DNA of 32,000 bases, from contig JAEOSH010000003.1 of NCBI GenBank assembly GCA_016840465.1, positions 60,176 through 92,175 of the forward strand, given 5' to 3'. Shown piece by piece: positions 1 through 9,525 of this stretch. The notes under the pieces are model-generated. The model did not search any database. It was not told the DNA's origin and saw only the letters and a program-made list of their open reading frames with translations. The DNA is from Candidatus Baldrarchaeum yapensis. GTDB lineage: Archaea; Asgardarchaeota; Baldrarchaeia; Baldrarchaeales; Baldrarchaeaceae. Position numbers and translations under genes: made by a program. Every line of letters starts with the position of its first letter. The first letter of the stretch is position 1.

Positions 1-1041
1 TTACTGACCGCTGATATGCGTATGAAGAACGAGAAGGAGCCCATCGAGGTCACAGCAGAAGAGGCCGTAAAGAAAGGCCTCATACTTACCGAATGGCAGG
101 CGTACTTTATGGTTATTTCCAAGTTCTTCTTGCTGGATCTAGGAATTCCTTGGGAGAAGCAGAGATTCAAAGAACAGTTGCCGTGGGAGAAGGCCCACTA
201 TTCGAAGCAGACATACGACCATGAGGTACTTTTACAAAGATTTGGGTGGGTTGAAGTCGCGGGGCATGCCTACAGAACAGATTATGATCTCTCCAGACAC
301 ATACAACATAGCAAAGAAGACCTCTACGCTTTTAAAGAATTTCCTGAGCCTAAAATCGTAGAAAAGACTGTAGTGAAACCACTTAAGCATGTTATCGGGA
401 AGGAGTTCAGAAAAGATGCTGCAAAGGTCATCGAGGCTATTTCTAAAACTCCCCCTGAGGAGATAATCAAGGCGTTTGAAACAAAGGGCTACTTTGAAGT
501 TGACGGCATAAAAGTAGAGCCGCGGCATGTGAGTATAGAAAAAGTCAAAGAGAAGATAAGTGGGAAGAAGTTCATCCCACATGTGGTGGAGCCAAGTTTC
601 GGTGCAGATAGACTGGTATACGCAACATTAGAACACGCGTACACAGAGAAGGATGGAAGGGTGGTTCTGAGATTACCTATTGATTTGGCACCAATACAGG
701 TTGCTGTATTCCCACTGGTATCAAAGGATGGACTTCCCGAGGTTGCGAAGAGGGTCTACCGTATGTTAAAGGACGAGGGCTTCACGGCAATTTATGACGA
801 GACGGGGTCCATCGGCAGAAGATATGCCCGTGTTGACGAAATAGGTGTGCCTATCGCAGTAACCGTTGATTATATGACCCTAGAGGATAATACAGTGACA
901 TTAAGAAATAGAGATACTTGGAGCCAGGTTAGAACCCGTATTAATGACCTTCCCGAACTCCTGCATAAGTACTTCCGCAAGAAGATAAAATTCGAAAATC
1001 TGGGGATCCCGTACACACCGACCGAAGAAGGGGGTGGTTAG
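1..1041 (+). CDS. glyS: Glycyl-tRNA synthetase (archaeal/eukaryal alpha2 type), 5'-truncated by the window edge
   Basis: Frame 1 is open from base 1. Contains GWVEVAGHAYRTDYDLSRH, class II motif 3 VVEPSFGADRL, and a C-terminal anticodon-binding domain (APIQVAVFPL...GSIGRRYARVDEIG...VTLRNRDT). Confidence 0.96.
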   Translation, partial: LLTADMRMKNEKEPIEVTAEEAVKKGLILTEWQAYFMVISKFFLLDLGIPWEKQRFKEQLPWEKAHYSKQTYDHEVLLQRFGWVEVAGHAYRTDYDLSRHIQHSKEDLYAFKEFPEPKIVEKTVVKPLKHVIGKEFRKDAAKVIEAISKTPPEEIIKAFETKGYFEVDGIKVEPRHVSIEKVKEKISGKKFIPHVVEPSFGADRLVYATLEHAYTEKDGRVVLRLPIDLAPIQVAVFPLVSKDGLPEVAKRVYRMLKDEGFTAIYDETGSIGRRYARVDEIGVPIAVTVDYMTLEDNTVTLRNRDTWSQVRTRINDLPELLHKYFRKKIKFENLGIPYTPTEEGGG

Positions 1042-1317
1042 ATGGGAGTTCCGCAGAGGAGATTGAGATTACGATATAAGGATGTCAAGGAAGGCGAGGC
1101 GTATATGAACCCTGAAATGATGAAGATGCTTGGTCTCGAAGATGGCGATGAGATAGAAGTCGTGGTTGCAAAGAGAAAGTGGTTTACCTTCAAGGCACAT
1201 CCGAGAGAAGAGGTTCCTAGAAACGAGGTCTGGACAAATCCCGACATTCTAAGGTCAAACGGAATTGCAGACAATTCGATAGCAACCGTTAGGAAATACG
1301 TACCAGAATCGGATTAG
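1042..1317 (+). CDS. Small stand-alone double-psi beta-barrel (CDC48-N/AspDC-like) protein, function unknown
   Basis: ATG directly follows the glyS stop. The pattern 'AYMNPEMMKMLGLEDGDEIEV...EVWTNPDILRSNGIADNSIATVRK' has the two-fold internal repeat of DPBB folds. Confidence 0.6.
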   Translation: MGVPQRRLRLRYKDVKEGEAYMNPEMMKMLGLEDGDEIEVVVAKRKWFTFKAHPREEVPRNEVWTNPDILRSNGIADNSIATVRKYVPESD

Positions 1318-2642
1318 ATTTCAAAAACCTCCCCCATCTTCGGCGCTTGCGCGTTTATATTTCTTTGCCTCAGTCTTTCGCTTAAATCCTCAACCTTATG
1401 TTCTTCCCCATGTATGCAGAAAACATACTCCAGATCTTCAAACATTGTGACAAACCTGAAGAGATTAGGCTGATCTGCGTGAGCACTGAATTCGAAAAGC
1501 TTAACATCCGCGTTCACGTCAATAGAGGTGCCATCCGGAAGAGTTACGCGTTTGTTCCTGTTCAGTAATTGCCAGCCTATGGTTCCGGGAACTTGATAAC
1601 CTGTAAGGCAAATCAGGTTGTTGGGATCTTCACCAAATTCCTTCAAGTAGAAAAGTGCAGGCCCTCCCTCAAGCATTCCAGAAGTTGTAACTATAACGAG
1701 GGGTTCCTCACTCCGGACGATGTCTTCCCTTCGGCCAACATACCTAAAAATCTCGGATCTGAAAGGATCATACCCCGTATACCTTATTGAATTCCTTATT
1801 TCCCTGCTGAGGTAAATCCAATACCTTCGATAAAGGTCATTCACCTGCTTTATCATTCCATCTATGAAAACCGATCGCAATTTCGTATTTTCCTGAGAAG
1901 TACACCTAATTCTCGACTCTAAAACCAGCATCACCTCCTGAGCGCGGCCGACCGCAAACGCGGGAATTAATACTTTACCCCCAGACTCCACAACCTCCAT
2001 CACACTTCTGAAAAACTCCTGCTCTATTCTCTTTCTGCTCGGATGCCTGTCAGTGTGATGACCGTATGTCGATTCCATAAGCAATATATCAACATCGCCA
2101 ACTGCAGTATCTGCCTTCTCTAGAGTTTTAGTATTCGTAACCGAGAAATCCCCAGTATACAGCACCGAAACGTCGCCAACCTTAATTTTTATCATAGAGG
2201 ATCCCAATATGTGCCCCGATCTGAAAAAAGTAATGCAAACATCGTCATTAAGCCTGTAGGGTACACGATACTCGGCATCGAGAAAATACTTCCTCAAGTC
2301 CATGATGTCCTGATTCGAATATGGAGGCTCCAAACCGCGCTCCTTGTATAATTTAAGCATATCTCTATTTAATAGCTCAGCGAGGTCCTGCGTCGGCATC
2401 GTTGCCAATACGGTGCATCTATACTTTTTCACAAGAGCGGGTAAATACCCGACATGATCGAGATGTGCATGTGATATTAGGACGACATCTGGAGGGACCG
2501 GCGGATCGAGGGGAAAAATATCATCGCCTCCTCCCAGCTTGACTCCGCAGTCGATAAGTATGTTCAAGGACCTGGTTTCGAGTAATATAGAAACCCTACC
2601 GACTTCCCTCGCACCCCCTAGGAAGTGTATTCGCATTCTCAA
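1314..2642 (-). CDS. Metallo-beta-lactamase / beta-CASP ribonuclease (aCPSF-like, without N-terminal KH domains)
   Basis: Motifs LIDCG, SHAHLDH, GHILGS, YTGDF, MESTYG, PAFAVGRAQE, FSAHAD and CIHGE; 442 aa. Confidence 0.93.
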   Translation of the reverse strand: MRMRIHFLGGAREVGRVSILLETRSLNILIDCGVKLGGGDDIFPLDPPVPPDVVLISHAHLDHVGYLPALVKKYRCTVLATMPTQDLAELLNRDMLKLYKERGLEPPYSNQDIMDLRKYFLDAEYRVPYRLNDDVCITFFRSGHILGSSMIKIKVGDVSVLYTGDFSVTNTKTLEKADTAVGDVDILLMESTYGHHTDRHPSRKRIEQEFFRSVMEVVESGGKVLIPAFAVGRAQEVMLVLESRIRCTSQENTKLRSVFIDGMIKQVNDLYRRYWIYLSREIRNSIRYTGYDPFRSEIFRYVGRREDIVRSEEPLVIVTTSGMLEGGPALFYLKEFGEDPNNLICLTGYQVPGTIGWQLLNRNKRVTLPDGTSIDVNADVKLFEFSAHADQPNLFRFVTMFEDLEYVFCIHGEEHKVEDLSERLRQRNINAQAPKMGEVFEI

Positions 2643-2659
2643 ATATCGACACCCACCGC

Positions 2660-3637
2660 TCAGGTGGGTATGAACTCCTCTTCAAATAAGTATCTTGCAA
2701 CTTTCCTCAGCTGCTCAAGTCCTCTTACCTCGTTGGGAAACAAAGGTAAGTACACTATTGAAAAGTCATCGTAATATTTTACGATTTTCTCTAGGTTCCT
2801 ACGTTGCATCTCATACCTTGACCTACAAAAACTGCAGTCCGGAACCTTGGGATGTATCATGTTCACAATCACGTGTGTCACCGGGATTTCGTACTCATAC
2901 AATGATCTTAACAGCCTCTCGGTCTCGTAAATTGCCATCATCTCCGGAATCATCACAGGAACGAATCGTGTCTTCTTAAGATCACTAAGTTCCTCCTTTG
3001 CCCGTCTTATGGTTTCTTTTAACGCCTCAAGAACTTCAAGTGAGCGATCCTCTTCCTCCTCCCTTCTGCTAAATAGCCTTTTTATGAAAGAAGCCGCCTT
3101 CGAGAACCAAAGGCGAATTTTTATTAATTTGCCGATCCAACTATCCAAAACATCAGGTAAACTCAGAAGTCTTAATGTGTGTCCAGTTGGCGCAGTGTCA
3201 AACACGATCACGTCATACTCGGGCTTCTCTATGAATTCAAGAACCTTAGCAAATGCGAGTGCCTCGTCAACTCCCGGCGCGGTTACCGAAAACATATCCT
3301 CAAACTCTTCTATCCCCATACCCATACTCATTGACAATTCAGCTTCCGCGTACCCGCTCATCTTGCTCCTAAAGTCCTTCATTGCCTTGTTTGGGTCCAC
3401 TTCTAACGCATATAAGTTTTTTATTCCGCTTATTTTCCTAATCTCTCCTCCTATTTTTTGGTCAAAGCTGTCAGAAAGGCTATGAGCCGGATCCGTGCTT
3501 ATAACAAGTGTCTCCATGCCCCGCTCTGCTAACCACAGTGCAGTTGCTGCAGCACATGTTGTCTTCCCTACACCTCCCTTTCCTCCGAATAGAACGAATC
3601 TTATTTTCTCCTCAAATATTGGCGATAGGAGCCCCAT
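2660..3637 (-). CDS. arsA: ArsA/Get3 (TRC40) family ATPase, single domain, Get3-like
   Basis: Deviant Walker A GGKGGVGKTT, switch I STDPAHSLSD, switch II DTAPTGH, C-terminal CxxC (CSFC), and a Met-rich segment LSMSMGMG. Confidence 0.93.
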   Translation of the reverse strand: MGLLSPIFEEKIRFVLFGGKGGVGKTTCAAATALWLAERGMETLVISTDPAHSLSDSFDQKIGGEIRKISGIKNLYALEVDPNKAMKDFRSKMSGYAEAELSMSMGMGIEEFEDMFSVTAPGVDEALAFAKVLEFIEKPEYDVIVFDTAPTGHTLRLLSLPDVLDSWIGKLIKIRLWFSKAASFIKRLFSRREEEEDRSLEVLEALKETIRRAKEELSDLKKTRFVPVMIPEMMAIYETERLLRSLYEYEIPVTHVIVNMIHPKVPDCSFCRSRYEMQRRNLEKIVKYYDDFSIVYLPLFPNEVRGLEQLRKVARYLFEEEFIPT

Positions 3638-3897
3638 ACCGATCCTCTCGATAGTTTCTACACCAGTGAAAAGTCGATGGCCACTAGTATCACATAAGTT
3701 CAGACACCCTCTAAAATGCTTTGTTTAAAGTAGTATGCGATCTCATGTCCTTCATTTGAAGTGCACGGGAGTGGTCACCCGCATGGTCGGAGCATTTCTC
3801 GGCATCTGTAATCAGAAGCGTCACGAGCCCGAATCTTGATAGCGTTAAAAATAAGTGATAATGTGTAAAGTGCACTTTGAGACGAGGTGGATAAAAG

Positions 3898-4218
3898 TTG
3901 GCACTGGATGTGCTCGAAGCTATTAGGGCGGCGGAAAAGGAGGCGGAACAAATAATACAAAAGGCAGAGGAGGACGCGAAGAAAATTATAGAGGAAGCAA
4001 AAAGAAAGGCAATGGAAGAAGAGAAAAAGATAGTCGAGGAAGCGAAGAAGAAAGTCGATGGGATGATGAATGCCGCGGTGAAGGAGGCAGAGGAGGAGAT
4101 TAAGAAAATAGAGACAGAAACGAAGGATAAAATAGAAAAACTCGCAAAAAGTGCAGAAGGCAGGTTGCCTGATGCTGTGAATTTAATTGTAAGAACAATA
4201 ACGGGGGGAGTGTTATGA
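3898..4218 (+). CDS. atpH: A/V-type ATP synthase peripheral stalk subunit H (G-like)
   Basis: 106 aa charged coiled coil 'LEAIRAAEKEAEQIIQKAEEDAKKIIEEA'; TTG start after a GAGGTG SD; ATGA overlap with subunit E. Confidence 0.8.
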   Translation: MALDVLEAIRAAEKEAEQIIQKAEEDAKKIIEEAKRKAMEEEKKIVEEAKKKVDGMMNAAVKEAEEEIKKIETETKDKIEKLAKSAEGRLPDAVNLIVRTITGGVL

Positions 4219-4835
4219 GCGAGGAGGAGAAAATAAAGAAAATTAGAGACAGGATAATTGCGCAGGCGAAGAAGAAGGCCGATGAAATAATAAATGAGGC
4301 TGAGCGTGAGGCAAAAAGGATAATCGAGGAGGCAATCTCCGAAGCAAAGCATAAGGCTGAAGTTATTCTCAGAAGGGGGGTCGAGGAATCCCAGGCATAT
4401 AAACGTAGAAAGATAGCGGAGGCAACACTGAAGTGGAGGATCGAATACATAAAGTCTCGTGAGAAGTTCATAGAGGAAGTCTTCAGAAAGGCAAATGAGG
4501 AACTTCAGAATCTCGTCAGGACCGACAAATATCGCAAAGTGATCAAGAACCTGATACTTGATGCGCTTAATGTTCTCGGCAGCGGCGAATATGAGGTAAT
4601 AATTGCAGGAGACACCGCGGTCAGCATAGATTTGAATGAAATAGCCAGATTATCCAAAGAGAAACTGGGAATCGATGTAAAGTTGTCGATGGCAAGCGAA
4701 CGCGTAAGATCGATGGGAGGCGTCATCGTCAGAACAAAGGACTTGTCATTCGTGGTGGACAATACGTTTGAGGCAAGATTAAAGAGAATGTATGAGCCTC
4801 TTAGAGTCCAAGTGGCTCGAATGCTCTTTAAATAA
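4215..4835 (+). CDS. atpE: A/V-type ATP synthase subunit E
   Basis: N-terminal coiled coil plus C-terminal 'MGGVIVRTKDLSFVVDNTFEARL' signature. Confidence 0.92.
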   Translation: MSEEEKIKKIRDRIIAQAKKKADEIINEAEREAKRIIEEAISEAKHKAEVILRRGVEESQAYKRRKIAEATLKWRIEYIKSREKFIEEVFRKANEELQNLVRTDKYRKVIKNLILDALNVLGSGEYEVIIAGDTAVSIDLNEIARLSKEKLGIDVKLSMASERVRSMGGVIVRTKDLSFVVDNTFEARLKRMYEPLRVQVARMLFK

Positions 4836-5007
4836 AGACTTGCATGATAATATCGTTTGATATTCATCGATGAAGATAACAAGCTTCCGCAAATGATTAT
4901 ACTTGGTTGGAGTTTTGTCTATCTCAATCCAATTTTTAACACAAATTAATGACTGGAAGGTTGGTTTATTTTCCCAAATCGTTCACTCTCGACCCGGTAG
5001 GGGTTCT

Positions 5008-5020
5008 CGAAAAGCTTAAA
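5008..5020 (+). promoter_or_regulatory. BRE-TATA promoter candidate for the membrane-arm operon
   Basis: CGAAAAGCTTAAA lies about 55 nt upstream of the ATG at 5074, matching archaeal BRE(RNWAAW)-TATA(TTAAA) spacing. Confidence 0.55.
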
Positions 5021-5073
5021 CGCCTATGTTATCTAAAAACGACCGCCGAGAAAGAATAATGGGGAGCACACCA

Positions 5074-5319
5074 ATGTACGAACTGTTACATATAACACTG
5101 TTAGTGGCGGCAATAATTTTCGCACTGCTATCTATCGAGGCAAAGAGGTTGCATCGCGCGGCAATGGCTTTTTGCATTTTCAGTGTGATACTTGGAATAA
5201 TTTTCTACATGCTAGCAGCTCCATACGTCGCTGTGGCTCAACTGGTAATCTATGCGGGTGCGGTGACCGTTCTCCTGCTGGTTGTAATAAGTTTGACTAG
5301 GGGTGGGTGGGAAGAATGA
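5074..5319 (+). CDS. nuoJ: Membrane subunit, NuoJ N-half / MbhD-like
   Basis: Three hydrophobic helices with 'AAPYVAVAQLVIYAGAV'. Start moved from 5026 to the ATG at 5074, which follows GGGGAG. Confidence 0.8.
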   Translation: MYELLHITLLVAAIIFALLSIEAKRLHRAAMAFCIFSVILGIIFYMLAAPYVAVAQLVIYAGAVTVLLLVVISLTRGGWEE

Positions 5320-5588
5320 AGATAAGCGCAACTGGGGCGTTCTTCACGATAGTGTTCCTCATAGTTGTACTATGGACACTACTAATGGTAAAACCCGTAT
5401 TAGAGCCCGGAGCTTTCCTTGCACTTCCGCATTTCGTTAAAAGCACAGAAATCTCGGCGATAGTCCAAGATACAAGTATGCTACTGTGGAACGAGAGAGG
5501 ATTGGATGTTCTGGCGCAGGCAGCAATGTTACTAGCAACCGCCGCCGGAGTATCCGCTTTGTTTAGAAGAAAGGAAGTTAGAGAGTAG
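5316..5588 (+). CDS. Membrane subunit, NuoJ C-half / MbhE (MnhB)-like
   Basis: 'LLWNERGLDVLAQAAMLLATAAGVSALFR' signature; the ATG at 5316 overlaps the previous stop (ATGA). Confidence 0.75.
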   Translation: MKISATGAFFTIVFLIVVLWTLLMVKPVLEPGAFLALPHFVKSTEISAIVQDTSMLLWNERGLDVLAQAAMLLATAAGVSALFRRKEVRE

Positions 5589-5601
5589 TGGAGGTGGTTA
5601 G

Positions 5602-5922
5602 ATGGCCATAGATTTATTCTCTTGGTATATTGGAACCGTAGTAGTACTGTATTCAATAGGCCTCTACTGCCTAGCATCTAAGAGAAATCTGGTGAAGATG
5701 GTCATAGCAATAGAAATACTGCTGGCTGCGGCAAACCTGAACTTCATCGTGATGAGCTACTTCATGAGAACAGGATACGTACACACACTGGCTCATGCCA
5801 TAGTCATAATCTCGATGGCAATCGGCGCATGTGTGGCCGCAATAGCCCTTTCGCTTGTTATGAACGCGTATAGGCATTATAAGACTCTGGATACCCGTAA
5901 GATGAGCAGACTCAGATGGTGA
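5602..5922 (+). CDS. nuoK: NuoK / MrpC / MbhG-like membrane subunit
   Basis: 'RNLVKMVIAIEILLAAANLNF' with the conserved Glu; three TM helices; GGAGGTGG SD. Confidence 0.9.
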   Translation: MAIDLFSWYIGTVVVLYSIGLYCLASKRNLVKMVIAIEILLAAANLNFIVMSYFMRTGYVHTLAHAIVIISMAIGACVAAIALSLVMNAYRHYKTLDTRKMSRLRW

Positions 5923-5936
5923 GGGGTGGTCGGGAG

Positions 5937-7958
5937 ATGTTACCGTACGCCCCTTGGTTGTGCTGGTTAATTCCACTCGGATTTGCAGTACTCATACCGC
6001 TGGCGGATAAAATTCACCCAAGAGTAAGAGATGGACTTGCAATACTCGGATCGTTCTTAGCGATGGTGTTTGCTGCCTCTATGATACCGGATGTGTTCGC
6101 AGGAAAAGTAACCATTTGGCCGGATGGAAAAGTCGTAGGCGAAATACCATATGGCCAATCAGTTTCTTGGATCAATGCGACCGTCTATGTGAATGGAAAT
6201 GAAACCAGAATAACACTTGGCGCGGGAGTTCTGGTCGATCCATTGAGTGTGTTCATGGCAAACATTGTTGGAATAATAGGGTTCCTCATAATGGTCTATA
6301 GCCTCGGATACATGGCTGGAGAGCCAGATATGCGACGATACTGGTTCTGGATGTCGACGTTCATAGGCTCCATGATCCTCCTAGTGATGGCTGATAACCT
6401 AATACAGATGTTCGTCGGATGGGAGTTAGTAGGTCTATGCAGCTGGCAGTTGATCGCTTTCTGGTTCAAGGCAACAACGCCCAGCCCAGTGCCCGACTTT
6501 AAGACCGAAGGCGAATACAATGCACATTGTGGAATGAAAGCATGGATAATGACAAGAGCTGGTGACATATGCCTCCTAATAGCAATTGCAGCAATTGGTT
6601 GGGCACAATTAAAGGCCGGTCAGCCGTTAACATTCAAGTTCATGGACCTTCAGGAATCTACTGGCTGGCTGAGGGTACTAGCAGACGTGGGATTGCTTGT
6701 ACCTATTAGTGTGTTGATGTTTGGAGGACCAGTGGGTAAGAGTGCACAATTCCCGTTACACGAGTGGCTACCTGAGGCTATGGCGGGTCCCACAACCGTT
6801 AGTGCACTGATACATGCCGCCACGATGGTTAAGGCTGGAGTATACCTAGTGGCAAGAATGGTACAAGTGTTCTACCTTGCCGGAGAAAGTGCCGGTATGT
6901 TGGTTGCACTCAAGCCGCTCTTCATAACCGTCGCGTGGATAGGTTGCTTCACGGCATTTCTGGCCGCAACACAGGCAATGGTTTCTATGGAGCTTAAGAA
7001 AGTCCTCGCATACTCGACAATAAGCCAAATAGGGTATATGATGCTGGGTCTTGGTGCTGGCGCGTTGCTACTGATACCAGCCCATGGTTATGTTGCCGGA
7101 ACATTCCATCTCATGTCTCATGCTGTCTTTAAGGCATTACTCTTCCTCTGTGCAGGATCGGTACTTCATGCGACCGAGACAAAGTACATGTATGAAATGG
7201 GCGGCCTTAAGGAGGATATGCCTATAACCTACTGGACAATGGTTATAGGTGCGGCCTCTCTTGCCGCAGTTCCCGGACTGGCAGGATTCTTCAGCAAAGA
7301 ACTAATACTTGAAATATTATGGAAGGAAGGACAACTTGCGCTCTTCACTCTCGCGACGGTCACCGCCGCATTGACCGCATTCTACAGCTTCAGAATGATA
7401 GGACTTACTTTCCACGGACCGAAGAGCGAGTACATAAAGAAGAGAGAGGAGGAAGGAAAACACGTCCACGAGGCTCCTCCAGTCATGTGGGTACCATTGG
7501 TGATACTTGCCGTAGCATCGATAGTCCTAGGATGGCTGGGTCCGTACTACGAGGCCTTTGCAACGAGCGGCAGATTCTGGGTAGCTCATGAGCTTGGTTC
7601 CGAAGTAACGCTCGAGAAGTATGCTCACTATTTGACAGAGGTCTTCGCAACACCAACTGCGGCCCTCTCGCTACTCATGCTAGTGATCGGAATAGTTCCC
7701 GCGTACTACATTTACATAAAGCGTAAGATCGATCCTGCCGAACTAGTAAGTAAGAACGTCGTACTAAGAGCGCTTTACACGTTCTTGTACAACAGATGGT
7801 ACATCAATCCGTTCTACTACAAGGTGTTCCTTAATGGAACTCAGGCATTCTCCCAGAGATTCCGAAAGTTGCAGACAGGGATACTCAATGTCAACGTTAT
7901 CCTGATGCTCATAGGATTTGTGGCCTTCATTGCGTATCTGGTGTTTTACCTCCTGTGA
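5937..7958 (+). CDS. nuoL: NuoL/MrpA-like proton-translocating antiporter subunit
   Basis: 'FVGWELVGLCSWQLI', 'GKSAQFPLHEWLPEAMAGPTTVSALIHAATMVKAG', 'KKVLAYSTISQIG'. Start placed at ATG 5937 (ORF track gives 5916). Confidence 0.95.
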   Translation: MLPYAPWLCWLIPLGFAVLIPLADKIHPRVRDGLAILGSFLAMVFAASMIPDVFAGKVTIWPDGKVVGEIPYGQSVSWINATVYVNGNETRITLGAGVLVDPLSVFMANIVGIIGFLIMVYSLGYMAGEPDMRRYWFWMSTFIGSMILLVMADNLIQMFVGWELVGLCSWQLIAFWFKATTPSPVPDFKTEGEYNAHCGMKAWIMTRAGDICLLIAIAAIGWAQLKAGQPLTFKFMDLQESTGWLRVLADVGLLVPISVLMFGGPVGKSAQFPLHEWLPEAMAGPTTVSALIHAATMVKAGVYLVARMVQVFYLAGESAGMLVALKPLFITVAWIGCFTAFLAATQAMVSMELKKVLAYSTISQIGYMMLGLGAGALLLIPAHGYVAGTFHLMSHAVFKALLFLCAGSVLHATETKYMYEMGGLKEDMPITYWTMVIGAASLAAVPGLAGFFSKELILEILWKEGQLALFTLATVTAALTAFYSFRMIGLTFHGPKSEYIKKREEEGKHVHEAPPVMWVPLVILAVASIVLGWLGPYYEAFATSGRFWVAHELGSEVTLEKYAHYLTEVFATPTAALSLLMLVIGIVPAYYIYIKRKIDPAELVSKNVVLRALYTFLYNRWYINPFYYKVFLNGTQAFSQRFRKLQTGILNVNVILMLIGFVAFIAYLVFYLL

Positions 7959-7969
7959 GGTGATTTGTC

Positions 7970-9493
7970 ATGTGGGGTCAAATAGCTGGCAAATATTTGC
8001 CGGCGGCTCCCATTATGGTACCAGTGGCGTTTGCGATTCTGGTATTCATAGTAGGGTATTTTGCCGAGGAAACTCGTGCTAGAAAGGTAGTAGACTGGCT
8101 TGCAACACTAGGAATGTTCTGCACTCTTGCGATCGCGATCAAAATTCTATACAAGGTGGTGTTCGGGGGATTTGTGCTCCAGTTCACGTACCCAATCGCA
8201 ACTCTTTCCATGCTCGGAACGGGCTTAAAGGTAGATGCTCTCAGCGCATTCATGGCAGTTATATTCTCCTCAATAGGTTTCGCCGCATCTCTTTACAGCG
8301 TGAGATACATGGAACACGACACAGGTCTGACACAGTACTATGTGCTACTGCTACTCCTAGTAGCATCGCTGAACGGCGTAGCATACGCTGCTGACCTGTT
8401 TACACTGTTCGTGTTCTATGAGATGATGGGCATATCCTCATATTCGCTGGTTGCCTTTAGAAAACACCAGTGGGAACCTGTCGAGGCAGCAATGAAGTAC
8501 CTCTTCATGGCAGCAATTGGAAGCACGGCTGTCCTCTTAGCAATGTCCATGCTCTATGGACTCACGGGAACGTTAAACTTCGAGGGGATAGCCAATGCCC
8601 TTAAGAACGCGGAGGCACCAACGGGTTACTTATACCTAGTAATTGCTCTACTGATAGGAGGATTTGGAGTAAAGGCGGCAATTGTGCCTATGCACTCATG
8701 GCTGATCGACGCACACCCTGCCGCACCGACAAGCATAAGTGCAATGCTGTCAGGAGTTGTGATAAAGGGCGGAGTATACGCACTGGTCAGAACGCTATTT
8801 ATGTTCTTCCCAGTCACGGTCTACCATTGGGACTGGATGCTCGCGGTAATAGGCGTCGTCACGATGACGGTCGCAAACATAATCGCCCTCGTGCAGGAGG
8901 ATATCAAGAGACTACTGGCGTACTCCAGTATATACAACATAGGCCTGATAATGCTGGGCGTATCAATAGGACACGTGAGCGTCCTTGGACTCACGGGTGC
9001 CATGTTCCATGTGCTGAACCACGCAATCATGAAAGCACTCGCTTTCTTATGTGCAGGGTGCTTCCTTCACGTTGTAGGCACTAGGATGCTCTCTGATCTT
9101 AAGGGAGTTGCGAGAAGAATGCCAATAACTGGAACATGCTTCGGAATAAGCCTACTGGCTCTGATGGGAGTTCCGCCGCTGAACGGGTTCTGGTCAAAGT
9201 TCTGGATAATACTCGCAGTGTTCCTACTACCAGACCCCGTGTACGGTGGAATCCTTGGAATGCTCGCGCTAATCAACGTGCTCCTGGCGACGGGCTATTA
9301 TGCGAAGGTTCTAAGGATAGTGTGGATGGATCCGGAGTCCGAAAAAGTCAAGGAGGCGAAAGAGGCACCACCCGAGATGCTAATCGCACTGATAATACTG
9401 ACACTGGCGATACTCGTGATAGGAGTATATCCGCAACCGTTCTTCGAAATCTCAGAAAAGGCAGCAGAAAGCGTTATAGGAGTACTCGGCTAA
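7970..9493 (+). CDS. MrpD/MbhH/NuoM-N-like antiporter subunit
   Basis: 'FVFYEMM', 'EAAMKYL', 'GFGVKAAIVPMHSWLIDAHPAAPT', 'KRLLAYSSI', 'GVPPLNGFWSK'. Confidence 0.93.
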   Translation: MWGQIAGKYLPAAPIMVPVAFAILVFIVGYFAEETRARKVVDWLATLGMFCTLAIAIKILYKVVFGGFVLQFTYPIATLSMLGTGLKVDALSAFMAVIFSSIGFAASLYSVRYMEHDTGLTQYYVLLLLLVASLNGVAYAADLFTLFVFYEMMGISSYSLVAFRKHQWEPVEAAMKYLFMAAIGSTAVLLAMSMLYGLTGTLNFEGIANALKNAEAPTGYLYLVIALLIGGFGVKAAIVPMHSWLIDAHPAAPTSISAMLSGVVIKGGVYALVRTLFMFFPVTVYHWDWMLAVIGVVTMTVANIIALVQEDIKRLLAYSSIYNIGLIMLGVSIGHVSVLGLTGAMFHVLNHAIMKALAFLCAGCFLHVVGTRMLSDLKGVARRMPITGTCFGISLLALMGVPPLNGFWSKFWIILAVFLLPDPVYGGILGMLALINVLLATGYYAKVLRIVWMDPESEKVKEAKEAPPEMLIALIILTLAILVIGVYPQPFFEISEKAAESVIGVLG

Positions 9494-9525
9494 CAAAAAA
9501 TAACAATTTTTTCCTTTTGTTTGTC
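9494..9525. terminator. Candidate bidirectional oligo-T terminator between convergent operons
   Basis: A6 (T6 on the minus strand) at 9495-9500, and T6 plus further T-runs at 9507-9520, between two convergent stop codons. Confidence 0.45.

Noticed and set aside
2660-3637. Arsenite efflux ATPase of an ars operon
   Set aside because: It is a single domain with Get3-type features, and no arsB/acr3/arsD/arsR genes are nearby.
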